NCBI GenBank assembly: GCA_951406725.2
Contig: OX597824.1
Coordinates: forward strand, 4,402,001-4,466,000
DNA from: Octopus vulgaris
Lineage: Eukaryota
DNA: 64,000 nt
Reading direction: 5' to 3'
The translations under genes were made by a program, and so were the position numbers. Below are positions 50,120-64,000 of this stretch, in pieces. Within the stretch, counting starts at the first letter, position 1, and the number at the start of each line of letters is the position of its first letter. The notes below the pieces were generated by a model, which was not told the origin of the DNA, ran no database searches, and worked only from the letters and a program-made list of their open reading frames with translations.

Positions 50120-50905
50120 GATTTGATTGCAGCTTGTATAAATTAAAGCAAAGGCAAAATATAAGGAGGAGGAGGGGGGAAGATGGGGAGGGAGGGAGGA
50201 GGAAGAGGCGGAGGAGGATGCAGGGAGGGAAGAGGAGGGAGAGGCGGAGGAGGATGAAGGGGGAAGAGGAGGGAGAGGCGGAGGAGAATGAAGGGAGGGA
50301 AGAGGAGGGAGAGGCGGAGGAGGATGAAGGGAGGGAAGAGGAGGGAGAGGAGGAAGAGGATGAAGGGAGGGAGGAGGGGGAGGAGGAGGAGGAGGAGGAT
50401 GAAGGGAGGGAGGGAGGAGGGGGAGGAGGAGGAGTGAAACAAAGGCAAAATATAAGGAGGAGGGGGGAAGATGGGGAGGGAGGGAGGAGGAAGAGGCAGA
50501 GGAGGAGGAAGGAAGGGAGGAGGGGGAGGAGGAGGAGGAGAAGGAGTGAAACAGTCTCACATATTGTGAGTGAGTGTAGCAAATTGGCTCAAAAGGAATA
50601 GAAAAGGAGGCTTGATAATGTAGCTGGGTTCATTGGAGATTGAGTGTGAAGTATGGTTTTGAAAAGACAATGAACGGTAGGAGCATAAATCAGCAGGGGA
50701 ATAAGATCTTGTGGGATTTAGTGGTTGGTGCTCAGAGACCCGACATTGTTGCAGTTGATAAAATGATGAAGGAGACAAAGATCATAGACGATGCTGTACC
50801 TGGGCATGTACGAGTGGATGATGAAGAACTGGAAAAAGATTGAGAAGTAGAAGAAGCCACTCAAAAATGAGATTGCATGAATGTGGGCAAAGAAGAAAGT
50901 AAGAG
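50120..50905 (+). mobile_element. R4/Dong-clade LINE zinc-knuckle/RLE fragment split by a polypurine minisatellite
   Basis: ETVSHIVSECSKLAQKE*KRRLDNVA..., KILWD..AQRPDIVAVDK..KETKIIDDAVP (PD..D restriction-like endonuclease). Confidence 0.85.
50150..50545. repeat. Polypurine minisatellite (~36-bp units) bracketed by ~60-bp direct repeats
   Basis: gaggagggagaggcggaggag(g/a)atgaagggagggaa units; aaaggcaaaatataaggaggag... at ~50150 and ~50440. Confidence 0.9.
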
Positions 50906-52440
50906 TCGGGAAGGAATGTTACAGGAGAGTTTGAGCATTCCTGAAATCCAAGTTAAATGCATGGAAAAAAGGCGTTAGCTAATTCCTAAGTAGTTCTGGT
51001 TGTTATTTATAGTTTCAATGAGTTGAACTGGAATATGAGTAAAATAAGGAAGATTGACAGGAAAATCTGTGAGCTGCTGACTTGCAATAAGATGCACCAC
51101 CCAATGGCAGAGACAGATCGTCTTTACCTACCCAGGGCTCAAAGAGGCCAAGACTTGATCCAATTTGAAATCTCTTACAAAAACCACCACAATTGGACTG
51201 GCAAAAAATCTTGAAACATCTAATGGCTGGATGCTAAAGCTTGATGAAAATTACAAAAGATGTAAGAAGCTTCATTCTGTTATGAAGGAGAGCAAAATCT
51301 TTTCTAGTGAGTTTACACATAATACCCAGATTGAACAGTATGATGGAAGTGCAGCAACTGTAGTTGCAAAGAGGGCGAAAACAATAGCAAAACAAAATAT
51401 GTTTGAACAATTGGCTGATAGGTGGGAACAAAAACCTCTGCATGGCAAATATGTGGTCCATAGCAAACAAGCTGATGTAGACCAGAAGCACACCCATCAG
51501 TGGCTACGGAGATCAGGGCTAAAGGCAAAGAGTGAAGGCTTTATCTTGACTGCTTAAGATCAGAGCTTATTGACCTGTAACTACCAAGCCAATGTGATGA
51601 AATATGGTGTAGACGATGGGATAGAAACAGTAGAGCACCTAATCTCTGGATGTATGGTTTTAGCACCTGTAGAGTACAAATCAAGGCATAACAGAGTTGG
51701 ACAATATCTACATTGGAAATCAAAACTGCTGACAAATGGTACAAGCACCACCCTGAGGTTATAACTGAGGGAGAAAATGTAACTATTCTTTAGGACTTCC
51801 CATTATGTACAGACTGGACCATCAAAGCAAATAAACCAGATGTTGTTGTGAAAGGCCCAAACAATAAAGTCTGTTTATTGACTGACATGAGCATTCCCTG
51901 TGACCATAATATCACGGCAAAAGAAATTGATAAGCTCAGAAAATATAAAGATCTGCTAATTGAAATTGAAAAGATGCAGCATCTGAAGAGGGTTACAGTA
52001 CCAGTAATTGTAGGAGCACTTGGAATGATCAAAAAAGAAACTGAACTTTATTTAAGAATGACCCTTGGCTTACCCATCCACGCAGGAAGTGCAAACGATT
52101 GCCTTAACTGGTACATCACACATACTGAGAGGAGCATTGTTACTGTGAATTTTCTTTCCCTTTTTCCCATTTATTTTCTTTGTTTACTTATTTATTCATT
52201 TACTTTTTATATTTATTTTATTTATTTTTAGAGATTTTTTCTATTTTTCTTTTTTATTTTTCATTTTTCTTTGTCTTTCTGCCTCCTTCTTCTCTACCAC
52301 ATGACTTTGTAAATGAACAATTTAGTGTTTATTTTAATGGCCTACCAATGTACACAGTACGTTTCTCTGCCCTAGGTGTCAGGAAGACACTCAGCAAGAA
52401 ATGGAAACAGAATTGAAAAATGATGATAATGAAAATGAAA
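50906..52440 (+). mobile_element. 5'-truncated R4/Dong-clade LINE (post-RT region, RLE, 3' UTR), inactive
   Basis: KIDRKICELLTCNKMHHPMAETDRLYLPRAQRG; WEQKPLHGKY..QWLRRSGLKAKSEGFILTA*DQ; ETVEHLISGCMVLAPVEYKSRHNRVGQYLHW; ANKPDVVVK..CLLTDMSIPCDHNITAKEIDKLRKYKDL..PVIVGALGMI. Confidence 0.92.
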
Positions 52441-52457
52441 ATGATGATGATGATGAT

Positions 52458-52941
52458 ATACCCTGATGCAATACAAGCACTGGCTGTCATGGCTTCTGAT
52501 CGTAACTGATTGGAAGCGTTATCATGTACATTGTTTTGTCTTGGTATAAAAGATGAACTGCAGCAAATATTCTGCTCAATACCACAGATTTGCTTGTCAG
52601 TTGTTTGACCTTAACCTGTTGAGCATGTCCCTTAGTGGCTGACAATATGTGCATCTCTGATCATGAGCAGAAGTAGTGGGGGTGCATCATAGCCTTAAAC
52701 AACCCTTATTCATAGACCTTTTGAGCGAGATGGGCAACCTGAAGAAAATTCTAACTGGGCCCCCACCTGCAAGGTCATATGCTGTTTATCTTGATTTGAG
52801 ATCACCATGTCATACACATATGGTTGCGATGCATGTGCCTGGTGTACCCTTAACAGACAGGTAGTCATGATGGGTATATTGGGCTTCATATATTTGTACC
52901 CTAGTGTCACTTTGATGACATGCACTGCACTGTCACTCAAT
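52458..52941. mobile_element. Unclassified ~480-bp element between (GAT)n and (TAA)n tracts
   Basis: Complex, more GC-rich sequence sharply bounded by trinucleotide repeats, directly after the Dong tail. No meaningful ORF. Only one copy in this window. Confidence 0.45.
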
Positions 52942-53176
52942 AATAATAAAGATGATGATGATAATAATAATAATATGATACTTAACATCTAAGTAGCAAG
53001 TCTTATAATTCGAGGAAAGAGACCCTAAGAGATCCTGTGAGATCTTTGACAAGTTGCTAACCACTCTCACAGAATTAACCAGAGCAGGTAAGATCAAGAG
53101 CTCTGAGAAGTAAAATATAATAATGATGATGATGATAAAACTGCTGTTGTCCACTACCTCCTCCTCCTCCTCCTCC

Positions 53177-53210
<34 letters not shown>

Positions 53211-54245
53211 TAGCAATTACAACAACGTTATTAGTTAAAAGAGTTAATGCTAAGTATCTTGTCATGAGAACCAAGGCAATACTTGAAGCTGAAAGTGGAC
53301 ACACAACCCAGGAAACAAGGAATATTCTAAAATATTTACTCATCCATTGCACATCTCTACACTACAACAACAACATCAACCACCACCACCACAACCACCA
53401 CCACCAATGATAACAAAAATAATAACAACAACAATAATGATTGTGATGACAACAATATCATAATCATTATGATTTCTTAATGAGGCATGAAGCCTTAGGA
53501 AAGTAGCATTAATAATAATGATGATTTCTTAATTAGGAAATAGGGGTGATGGTGGTGTCTGTGATGGTTATGGCAGTGGAAATAATGGTTAGGATGAAAA
53601 TGGTAATATGGAGGCAAAAGGAAGATGGCTTAATGAAACACATAGTGTTATTAGTTGTAGTGGCTGTGTTGGTAGTTGAATGATGATGATGATGATGATG
53701 ATGATTGCACTAATAGAGTTAGTGACAGTGCGTGAGATGATGTAGTTTTTTCTTTCTTTTTTTGCTTTGCTTTGGACAGAGAATTCCATCAGCAGTCATT
53801 GCAATAACGATTATGATAAATCTCCCTAGCTTAGAAACATGATCTCAACTACTTCGTAATGGCCAAAACTAGATGAAGAGAAACATAAAATAGTTGAGTG
53901 GACATTGTGTTAGTTAAAAAAAATTTCCTGCAGGAATTTTGTCACAGATTTGGGCAGTAGCCCTTAAATCTATGAGGTTCATTTGGCTTTGGCCTTTTGA
54001 AAGACTGGGGTCATATCCAGAGAAGACTTGTTTCTCTTTTACATGACACCACAATTTCAGAGCTAAACTGTTGTCAGTCAGCAAACGACCCACATTTTAA
54101 GAGACATATCTTTGTACAGAAATCCCTCACCATATCGTGGTTACCGATCGTGGTTTACTATTTAAGCTTACGTCGATTCCTCTGTGGTGTTGTTTTGCAG
54201 TTATAATAAAATGAATATATACAAATTATAAAAAATATATATATA

Positions 54246-54327
54246 CAGTACTGTTTCTACTTCATGGATTTTCACCTATCACAGGGGGTTTTGGAATGTA
54301 ACACCTGTGATAGTCAAAGAATTACTG
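54246..54327. mobile_element. pogo/Tigger-type mini-MITE
   Basis: TA-CAGTA...TACTG-TA ends with internal inverted repeat ctatcacagg/cctgtgatag. Confidence 0.75.
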
Positions 54328-54834
54328 TATTTGCATTACCAGCTGATAAATGAAAATCCTTTTGGAGAGGACAAGAGATATTGAGAGGAACTTTTCCCAC
54401 ACCACTATTATACACATGGGCCAAGGAGAGATGCCTACGCTGCTAGAAACATCAACCAAACTAACCACAGATCATGCCTTACTGACTTGGTTAATGTAGC
54501 CTGCATTTTCAAAATGACAAGATTGTTAAGTGTGGAGTATCTTTGATCAGGGAGCTACTAGATCAAGACTGGCTTAGGAGTTAAACAACAGCAATCTACA
54601 TCTTCCTGTAAGTACCTGAGAGTCATACTTCTAAGAGAAAGAGATGTGAAGAGGAGGAACTGTGGGCCGACCACAATTATAACTCATAAATAACCAAATC
54701 TGAAAGGCTGAGTTCTGTCAGTGAGAAGAGGTGTAAAGGGAAAAACCTTTCAGTCTCATTATGCGTTTGTGACATTTGAAATATAGACATCAAATAACAC
54801 ATACACCATCGGATGTATTGAGCTATATTTGCAA

Positions 54835-54884
<50 letters not shown>

Positions 54885-55033
54885 ACGCACGCACACACAT
54901 CAAAATATGGAGATTATCTGAACATCAATGAAGAAATTAGCTAACTTCATTGCCCACTGGAAGGTAGATATAGAGAAAAAAGAACTTCAGGAATAATCTC
55001 ATGTTCTTATTCTGCGGGAGGAGGAGGAGGAGG

Positions 55034-55085
<52 letters not shown>

Positions 55086-55791
55086 GAAGAAGTTGCTGCT
55101 GATGATGATGATGATAACGATGATGATGATTTTTCATTCATCCATTAACGCCTCGTGATTCAATGAACGCATAGCTGGTACAGTGAAACATATTGGGATA
55201 TTGATAAGTTAGGAATGGTGACTAGTGTTATTGGGAGGGGGGTGGCAAATTGACTGTTGATTAGATTTAATTCTAGTAGGATCTATTACCATAGATTCCT
55301 GTCAATAATTGTCTGTTTCTGAGAAGTGGCCAGCATAATATAGTGAGAAAATCTGGAACTCATAGAGATTTCTAGGCTTGAAAGAGAAGCAAGACAGGAA
55401 TTTTTATTCCCAAATATCATATCAGACAATGAATGATTAAATTACAACAGTTAATATAGTCTTGTTGTTTGTATTATTGTGCATTGTGGTGTCATTCAAA
55501 ATAGTTTATTCTTTACAAACGATGCACAATGCTTCAAACAAACTACAACACTCTCCCATTCTTTATAGTAAAAGGTGCAAGAGAAGAAGGATTTGAAGTG
55601 AAAACCCTAAAATAATAAAACTACAACTGCCATCAATGGCCATCTTTTCTCCAATAGCTGCTATTTTGATTGATAAGAGTGGGAATGGTTGAGAGTTCAT
55701 CTAAGTTTCAGGAGGTTTATAAAGTTTTGTGTTTATGCATTAAGTGAATGAGAAATAAATTTATCTTGATTTGAAAGAAAACTCTCGCTCT

Positions 55792-55850
<59 letters not shown>

Positions 55851-55944
55851 AAATGACACCTGATGAACTGTACGTTTCTTCTGAAACAGTGGTTTGTATT
55901 ATTAAGTGCATGGCCCAAACACAAATGCAAGCAGTAAATTAAAA

Positions 55945-56800
55945 CTCAAAACCCTTGATGAATAAGTATAAACCACAAACATTCTCAAGTATTCCACTTA
56001 AATACATAATGCCCTACGGACTTAACAAGCGATTGAAACATAAGAAAACTACTTCAAGAGATTGTTTCTATACAAGCAAGTCAGTCTAATGGAGTCCATT
56101 TCTCACAAAAACTAGATCTATGAGGTGAGTTGTACTCAACACTGGAAACAGTTAATGAAAAACCTCATTATTTATATCCATAAACTCCCAAGGGTTTCTA
56201 GTGTGGAGTTTTATCAACACATGGTTTTTATTTGCAGTTATGCAAACTGAGCCAGTAACGGGCAAAATGCTTACCGGTATTTCATCTGCCGTTACGTTGT
56301 GAGTTCAAATTCTGCCAAGGTCAACTTTGCCTTTCATCCTTTCAGGGTTGATAAATTAAGTACCAGTTACGCACTGGGGTCGATGTAATCGACTTAATAC
56401 CTATGTCTGTCCTTGTTTGTCTCCTTGTGGGTAATAAAGAAATAGGTTGTTTCAAGCTGAAGTTCCAATGAGGTTTTCAAAGGTTGTTGCCTACCTTCAG
56501 TTTCATCGTATGAAGTGGACATAAGATAAATTTCTCAAGCAGCAAACATTAATATACCCTGGGTAACATTCCCAAAGGGTCTGATGGTACATATTCTCAA
56601 CAGGCAATTCAAAATATAATGTTCTAATGAGAAACACAATGAGATGTAAAAAGCAGATTTGAGCTGACAACTTATAAGCAGGAAGTCTAATAAACTTATC
56701 TACTCAACCATATCACCATTTACTGGTGACGGGTTACATAAAACCATCAACACATTTCGCTAACTGGTTGACAGTCTGTTGATTTAGCTAGCAATGAATG
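55945..56800 (+). mobile_element. Decayed Penelope-like RT relic interrupted by a SINE
   Basis: In order: LD....TNI (~LDVTSLYTNIP), NYFK, YKQVSLMESIS (~YKQ..GL.MGSP.S), TLGNIPKGLMVHI (~...NIP.SLA.RI). Frameshifted. Confidence 0.45.
56250..56445 (+). mobile_element. SINE family B
   Basis: gagttcaaattctgccaaggtcaactttgcctttcatcctttcagggttgataaattaagtaccagttacgcactggggtcgatg. Confidence 0.88.
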
Positions 56801-57180
56801 AATGACATCATACAGCTTTTAAATTGCACATTCACATATAGACACACCTACATGCGGAAGAATCCTTTGGGACACTGCTGGACAAAGAAGTAGACTGTGC
56901 GGTAAATCGAGGGAGAGAGCTGGATGCAAAAACTAAAACAGTGACTAGGTTTCCTGCAGCAGTCAACGCTGTAACAATGGGGTGGATGCTGATGGCAAGG
57001 ATGCTGAAGTTACTGTTGATGATGTTTTGCTAATCCTGCTGAAAACTACTGCTGGTAGTGTTCACACTTATGATGATGATGATGATGATGATGATGAAAG
57101 GGGTGGTGATGATGCTGGGGATGGTGATGGTAGAAGTAACAATGGAAATAAGGATGTTAATGAGGATGAGGATGGTACTA

Positions 57181-57228
<48 letters not shown>

Positions 57229-57561
57229 TCATGATATGTAAACTCCCAACACTTTGTCTTAGTATTGTCCCCTCATCCTTTGTCCTTGTGGCAAATAAAT
57301 GAAATTATCATCGTCATCATCATCATCATCATCATCATTATCATAACAATGAGGATAACAATGATAATGGCAGCAACATTATGATGATGATGATGATGAT
57401 GATGATGACGGCAACGACCAATATCCTGATATTAGTTATGGCTACTGAGAAGGGGGTAGGTGTGGTGGTGGTGGTGGTGGTGATGAGGATGATGATGAAG
57501 GTCAAAGAGAAGGAAGGGTATGAGAGTCTGAATCAATACACTAGAGAAAATAGGTGTGGGA

Positions 57562-57620
57562 GGTGCAACAGCAGCAGCAGCAGCAGCAGCAAAAGTTGCT
57601 GCTGCTGCTGCTGCTGCACC
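57562..57620. repeat. (CAG)n/(CTG)n fold-back palindrome
   Basis: ggtgcaa(cag)7caa-aag-ttg(ctg)6cacc. Confidence 0.9.
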
Positions 57621-58399
57621 CATCGTTATGGTGGCTTGGCATTGCATGGAACACTTCACGCATGACTCCACCGAAGCCTGACCACCACCACCACCACCAC
57701 CACCACGTACGACGACACCGCCACTAGCATCACTCCACTCTCAACACTAGCTAAGCCAGCTTCCAAACAGGAGAAAGAGAAGAAGAACAACAAAACACAA
57801 ATATACTCCCACAATACACACACAACTCAAAAGTATCTCACCACCAACACCAGCACCAAAACTAGCATCGACAACAAAGTCAACAACAACATACTCTTAA
57901 ATTAGCAATAGAAAGCATACATTCACACACATACACACATATATAGCCAAAACTCACCACAACCACCACGACCACCACCACTAGCAGTTCCACTCCCCCC
58001 ATTGCCAAATTTTCCCCTGCACCTCCACCACAGCTAGGCATAACCATCACCACCATCGCAACCACCACCATCAACTACTATCATTCACAGTAAAACTACT
58101 CTCACCACACTAACAACATCAACCAATATCCCCAGCACTTTCGACAACACAAACCAGAAGCCAACGAGGGAGAAATAGCAGCCAAATTTCCCTCAGCTTG
58201 AAAACTACTATCTTAAAAAAAAAAGATATTATATTGGTTAATGTAGGCTGAAGTGCATTAGGCCTAAAAAAAGGCAGGGTGATCATGGTTGGAATGTTTT
58301 TGATCATAAGTCTCCTCATATGTGCCAAACTAGGGCTAAATGAAAGCAAAAGCAACAACAATCACACCAACCACAGTTATCATCATCACCATCATAAAC

Positions 58400-61420
<3,021 letters not shown>

Positions 61421-62004
61421 ATAAATTTGTGTAGATAACGGATTCGGCTATGTGCATCACTGTACTCGTTGACCTATGTATCGATGAGTGTTAGTTGTGT
61501 GTGAGTGTGTCTGCATGTGTTGGTATATTTGTGAATGAATAGATATGTGTATGCGTGTATTTGTGAATATGAATGGGTGGGTGTGAGTGTTTCTGTGCTC
61601 ACATGTATGTAAGTATATGCACGGGGAGGGGGGGGGGGCAGGAGAGCCAATATGGTAAAGATACGAAGAAAGAAAAAATTAAGGAAAGAAAGGAATGAAT
61701 AAGCAAAGAAAACTGAAAGAAGAGAAAATGAAAAAGAAAAGAAATCGCGAATGAAAGACAAAAGAAAATTATAGAAATGTGATACAAGAGAGAAGGAGGG
61801 AGGGAGGGAGAGAGAGAGAGGAAGAGAGATAGAGAGAGGGAGAGAGAGAGAGAGGAAGAGAGAGAGAGGGAGAGAGAGAATGAGTGAATGAAATTAGTGA
61901 AAGTAAGAAAGACAAAGAAATGAAATATAAAAACAGAAAAGCGAAAAAACAGAAAAGCGAAAAACAGAAAAAGGCAAAAAAATTTGAAAAGTAGAACAAT
62001 GAAA

Positions 62005-62073
<69 letters not shown>

Positions 62074-62915
62074 GAGAGTGATGGACTGACAGACAGACAG
62101 AAAGACAGTATAGAAACAAAGAACTGGAAATATTGGAATGGCAATGAAAGTGGGGTGTATTCAGCCTGTGTGGGGGATGTCCTGCCCCCACCCCCCACCC
62201 CACCCCCATCTACTTGCCCTGGCCTCAGAATTCTTTGCAAAGCTGGCAAAAAATTATAATCAGTAAGTTTGACACATAGCCATATACAAGACGGACAGAC
62301 AGACATTTCGTGAGACACAGGCAGACAGACGAACAGCCTTTAACACTAAACTGTTGATTCCAAATGAGTCCCGCCATAGTTGATCTAGATAAATTTCTAA
62401 TCAGTTTGTATCGATCTAGACGTATATCTATATATCTATCTCCTCAGACAGCCGTCTCGCACTCCTTCTCTTTCTACCTCTCTCTCTCTCTCTCACTACT
62501 CCTCACTCTCTCTCTCTCTCCCTCTCTTTTTTGGTCTCTATGTAACTCTCAATCTATCTATCGTTTTATCAATCTACCTCTCTGTCAGTCTCCCTATCAA
62601 TCAATTTTTTTATGCGTCTGTTTATCAATCAATCTATACCTCTCTCACTCTCTCTGTATATATATATATATATATATATATAATGTGCATGCATATACAC
62701 ATATATGCAGGCATATTCGAATCTGCCAGGACATATTAAGAGTAAATATGCAGATCATTGTTTTAGATCTCACTGTACACAGTGCAAATAATGATCACAC
62801 ACACACACACACACATACATGCATATATGTCTGTGTGTGTATCTGTGTGTGTGTGTGCATGCATGCATGCATGTATGAGTGTATATATATATATGTGTGT
62901 GTATATATATATATA

Positions 62916-63101
62916 GATACTTTATTTAAAGCAGCAGAAAATTCAACAAAACCAGTTACTCTGAGTTTCGCGTTGCCGTTCATCTCAGAGTAACAGCTTT
63001 TGTTGAATTTTCTGCTGCTTTAAATAAAGCATATTACTCTACCACTGGTATTTGAGTACTCTTTTTTCCACCTTGTTTCACATTTATGTGTTTACTCCGG
63101 T
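62916..63101. mobile_element. PLE-type terminal fragment as a fold-back hairpin with hammerhead remnant
   Basis: 46-bp arms at 62920-62965 and 62984-63029. Minus strand reads GATGA-ACG-GCAA-CGC-GAAA-CTCAGAG-TA. AATAAA lies in the arm. Embedded in (TA)n. Confidence 0.7.
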
Positions 63102-63107
63102 ATATAT

Positions 63108-63145
<38 letters not shown>

Positions 63146-63160
63146 TCCCCCCTATATATA

Positions 63161-63575
63161 TAGGTGCAGGTATAATTGTGTAGTAAGAAGCTTGTTTTCC
63201 AACCACATGGTTCTGGGTTCAGTCCTACTGTGTGTCACCTCAGGCAATTGTCTTCTATTATAGCCTTGGGCCGGCCAAAGCCTTGAGAGTGAATTTGGTT
63301 GATGGAAACTGAAAGAGGCCTATCATATATAAATGTGTATATATCTTTATGTGTGTGTCTTTGAGATTGTGTTCATTCATACACCACTGTCCAACAACCA
63401 GGGTTGATGGGTTTACGTCTCTGTAACTTAGTGGTTTGGCAAAAGAGACTGATAGAGTAAGTACCAGATTTTTAAAAAATAAGTACTGGGGTTGATACAT
63501 CCAGCAAAAAATTCTATAAGGGGGTGCTCCAGAATGGCAGCAGTCTAATGACTGAAACAAGCAAAAGATAAAAGA
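63161..63575 (+). mobile_element. SINE family A variant
   Basis: Head ggtgcagg...tgtgtagtaagaagcttg...ggttcagtcc, body, and gactgaaacaagcaaaagat tail. Confidence 0.87.
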
Positions 63576-63765
63576 TATGCATATATGTATAAATTTACGT
63601 ATACGTGTTTATGTGCATTTGTGTGTGTGTATATATATATGTATATATATACACACACACACACATACATATATGCATATTACATATACATATATCTATA
63701 TACACACATATCTAACAATTATATATATATAACATGCACACATATATATACTCACACACACATAC

Positions 63766-63818
<53 letters not shown>

Positions 63819-64000
63819 CACACACATGCATGGATATGTATGTGAATTTTAATATAAATGCATTTACATTTATATATTTTCATTCAAACATGCAGACATG
63901 AACTTTTCTGGATGTGTGTGTGTGTGTACATATATTTTATATGTGTGTGTATATATATTTTATATTTTATATTTTTTATATTTTTTAATTAATTTTATTT

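Noticed and set aside
61599-62993. 239-aa and 209-aa Leu/Ser/Phe-rich ORFs resembling membrane proteins
   Set aside because: Produced by (CT)n and T-rich low-complexity sequence.

Overview
AT-rich, repeat-dense animal genomic DNA. The SINE families and the very heavy microsatellite load point to an octopus-like cephalopod (inference). I find no intact protein-coding gene, rRNA, genuine tRNA gene or CRISPR array. The long ORFs in the track are microsatellite read-throughs or decayed transposon fragments, so the window reads as a large intron or gene desert. It holds at least three tRNA-derived SINE types plus a headless SINE-like family, many 5'-truncated RTE LINE 3' ends, a cluster of R4/Dong-type LINE fragments (49.5-52.4 kb), several Penelope-like (PLE) relics, two mariner derivatives built from two inverted 5' ends, Tc1-, pogo-, piggyBac- and Helentron-type non-autonomous elements, and long GGT/GT/TA tracts. 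Best leads: (1) a ~230-250 nt multi-hairpin element present twice (6.9 kb and 29.9 kb), with diverged sequence but the same stem order, a candidate unnamed structured RNA; (2) several hammerhead-ribozyme-like motifs in PLE-type ends, two of them inside fold-back hairpins; (3) an isolated 30-bp motif repeated in inverted orientation 23 kb apart. Coordinates were read by eye and repeat boundaries are approximate (about +/-20 bp).
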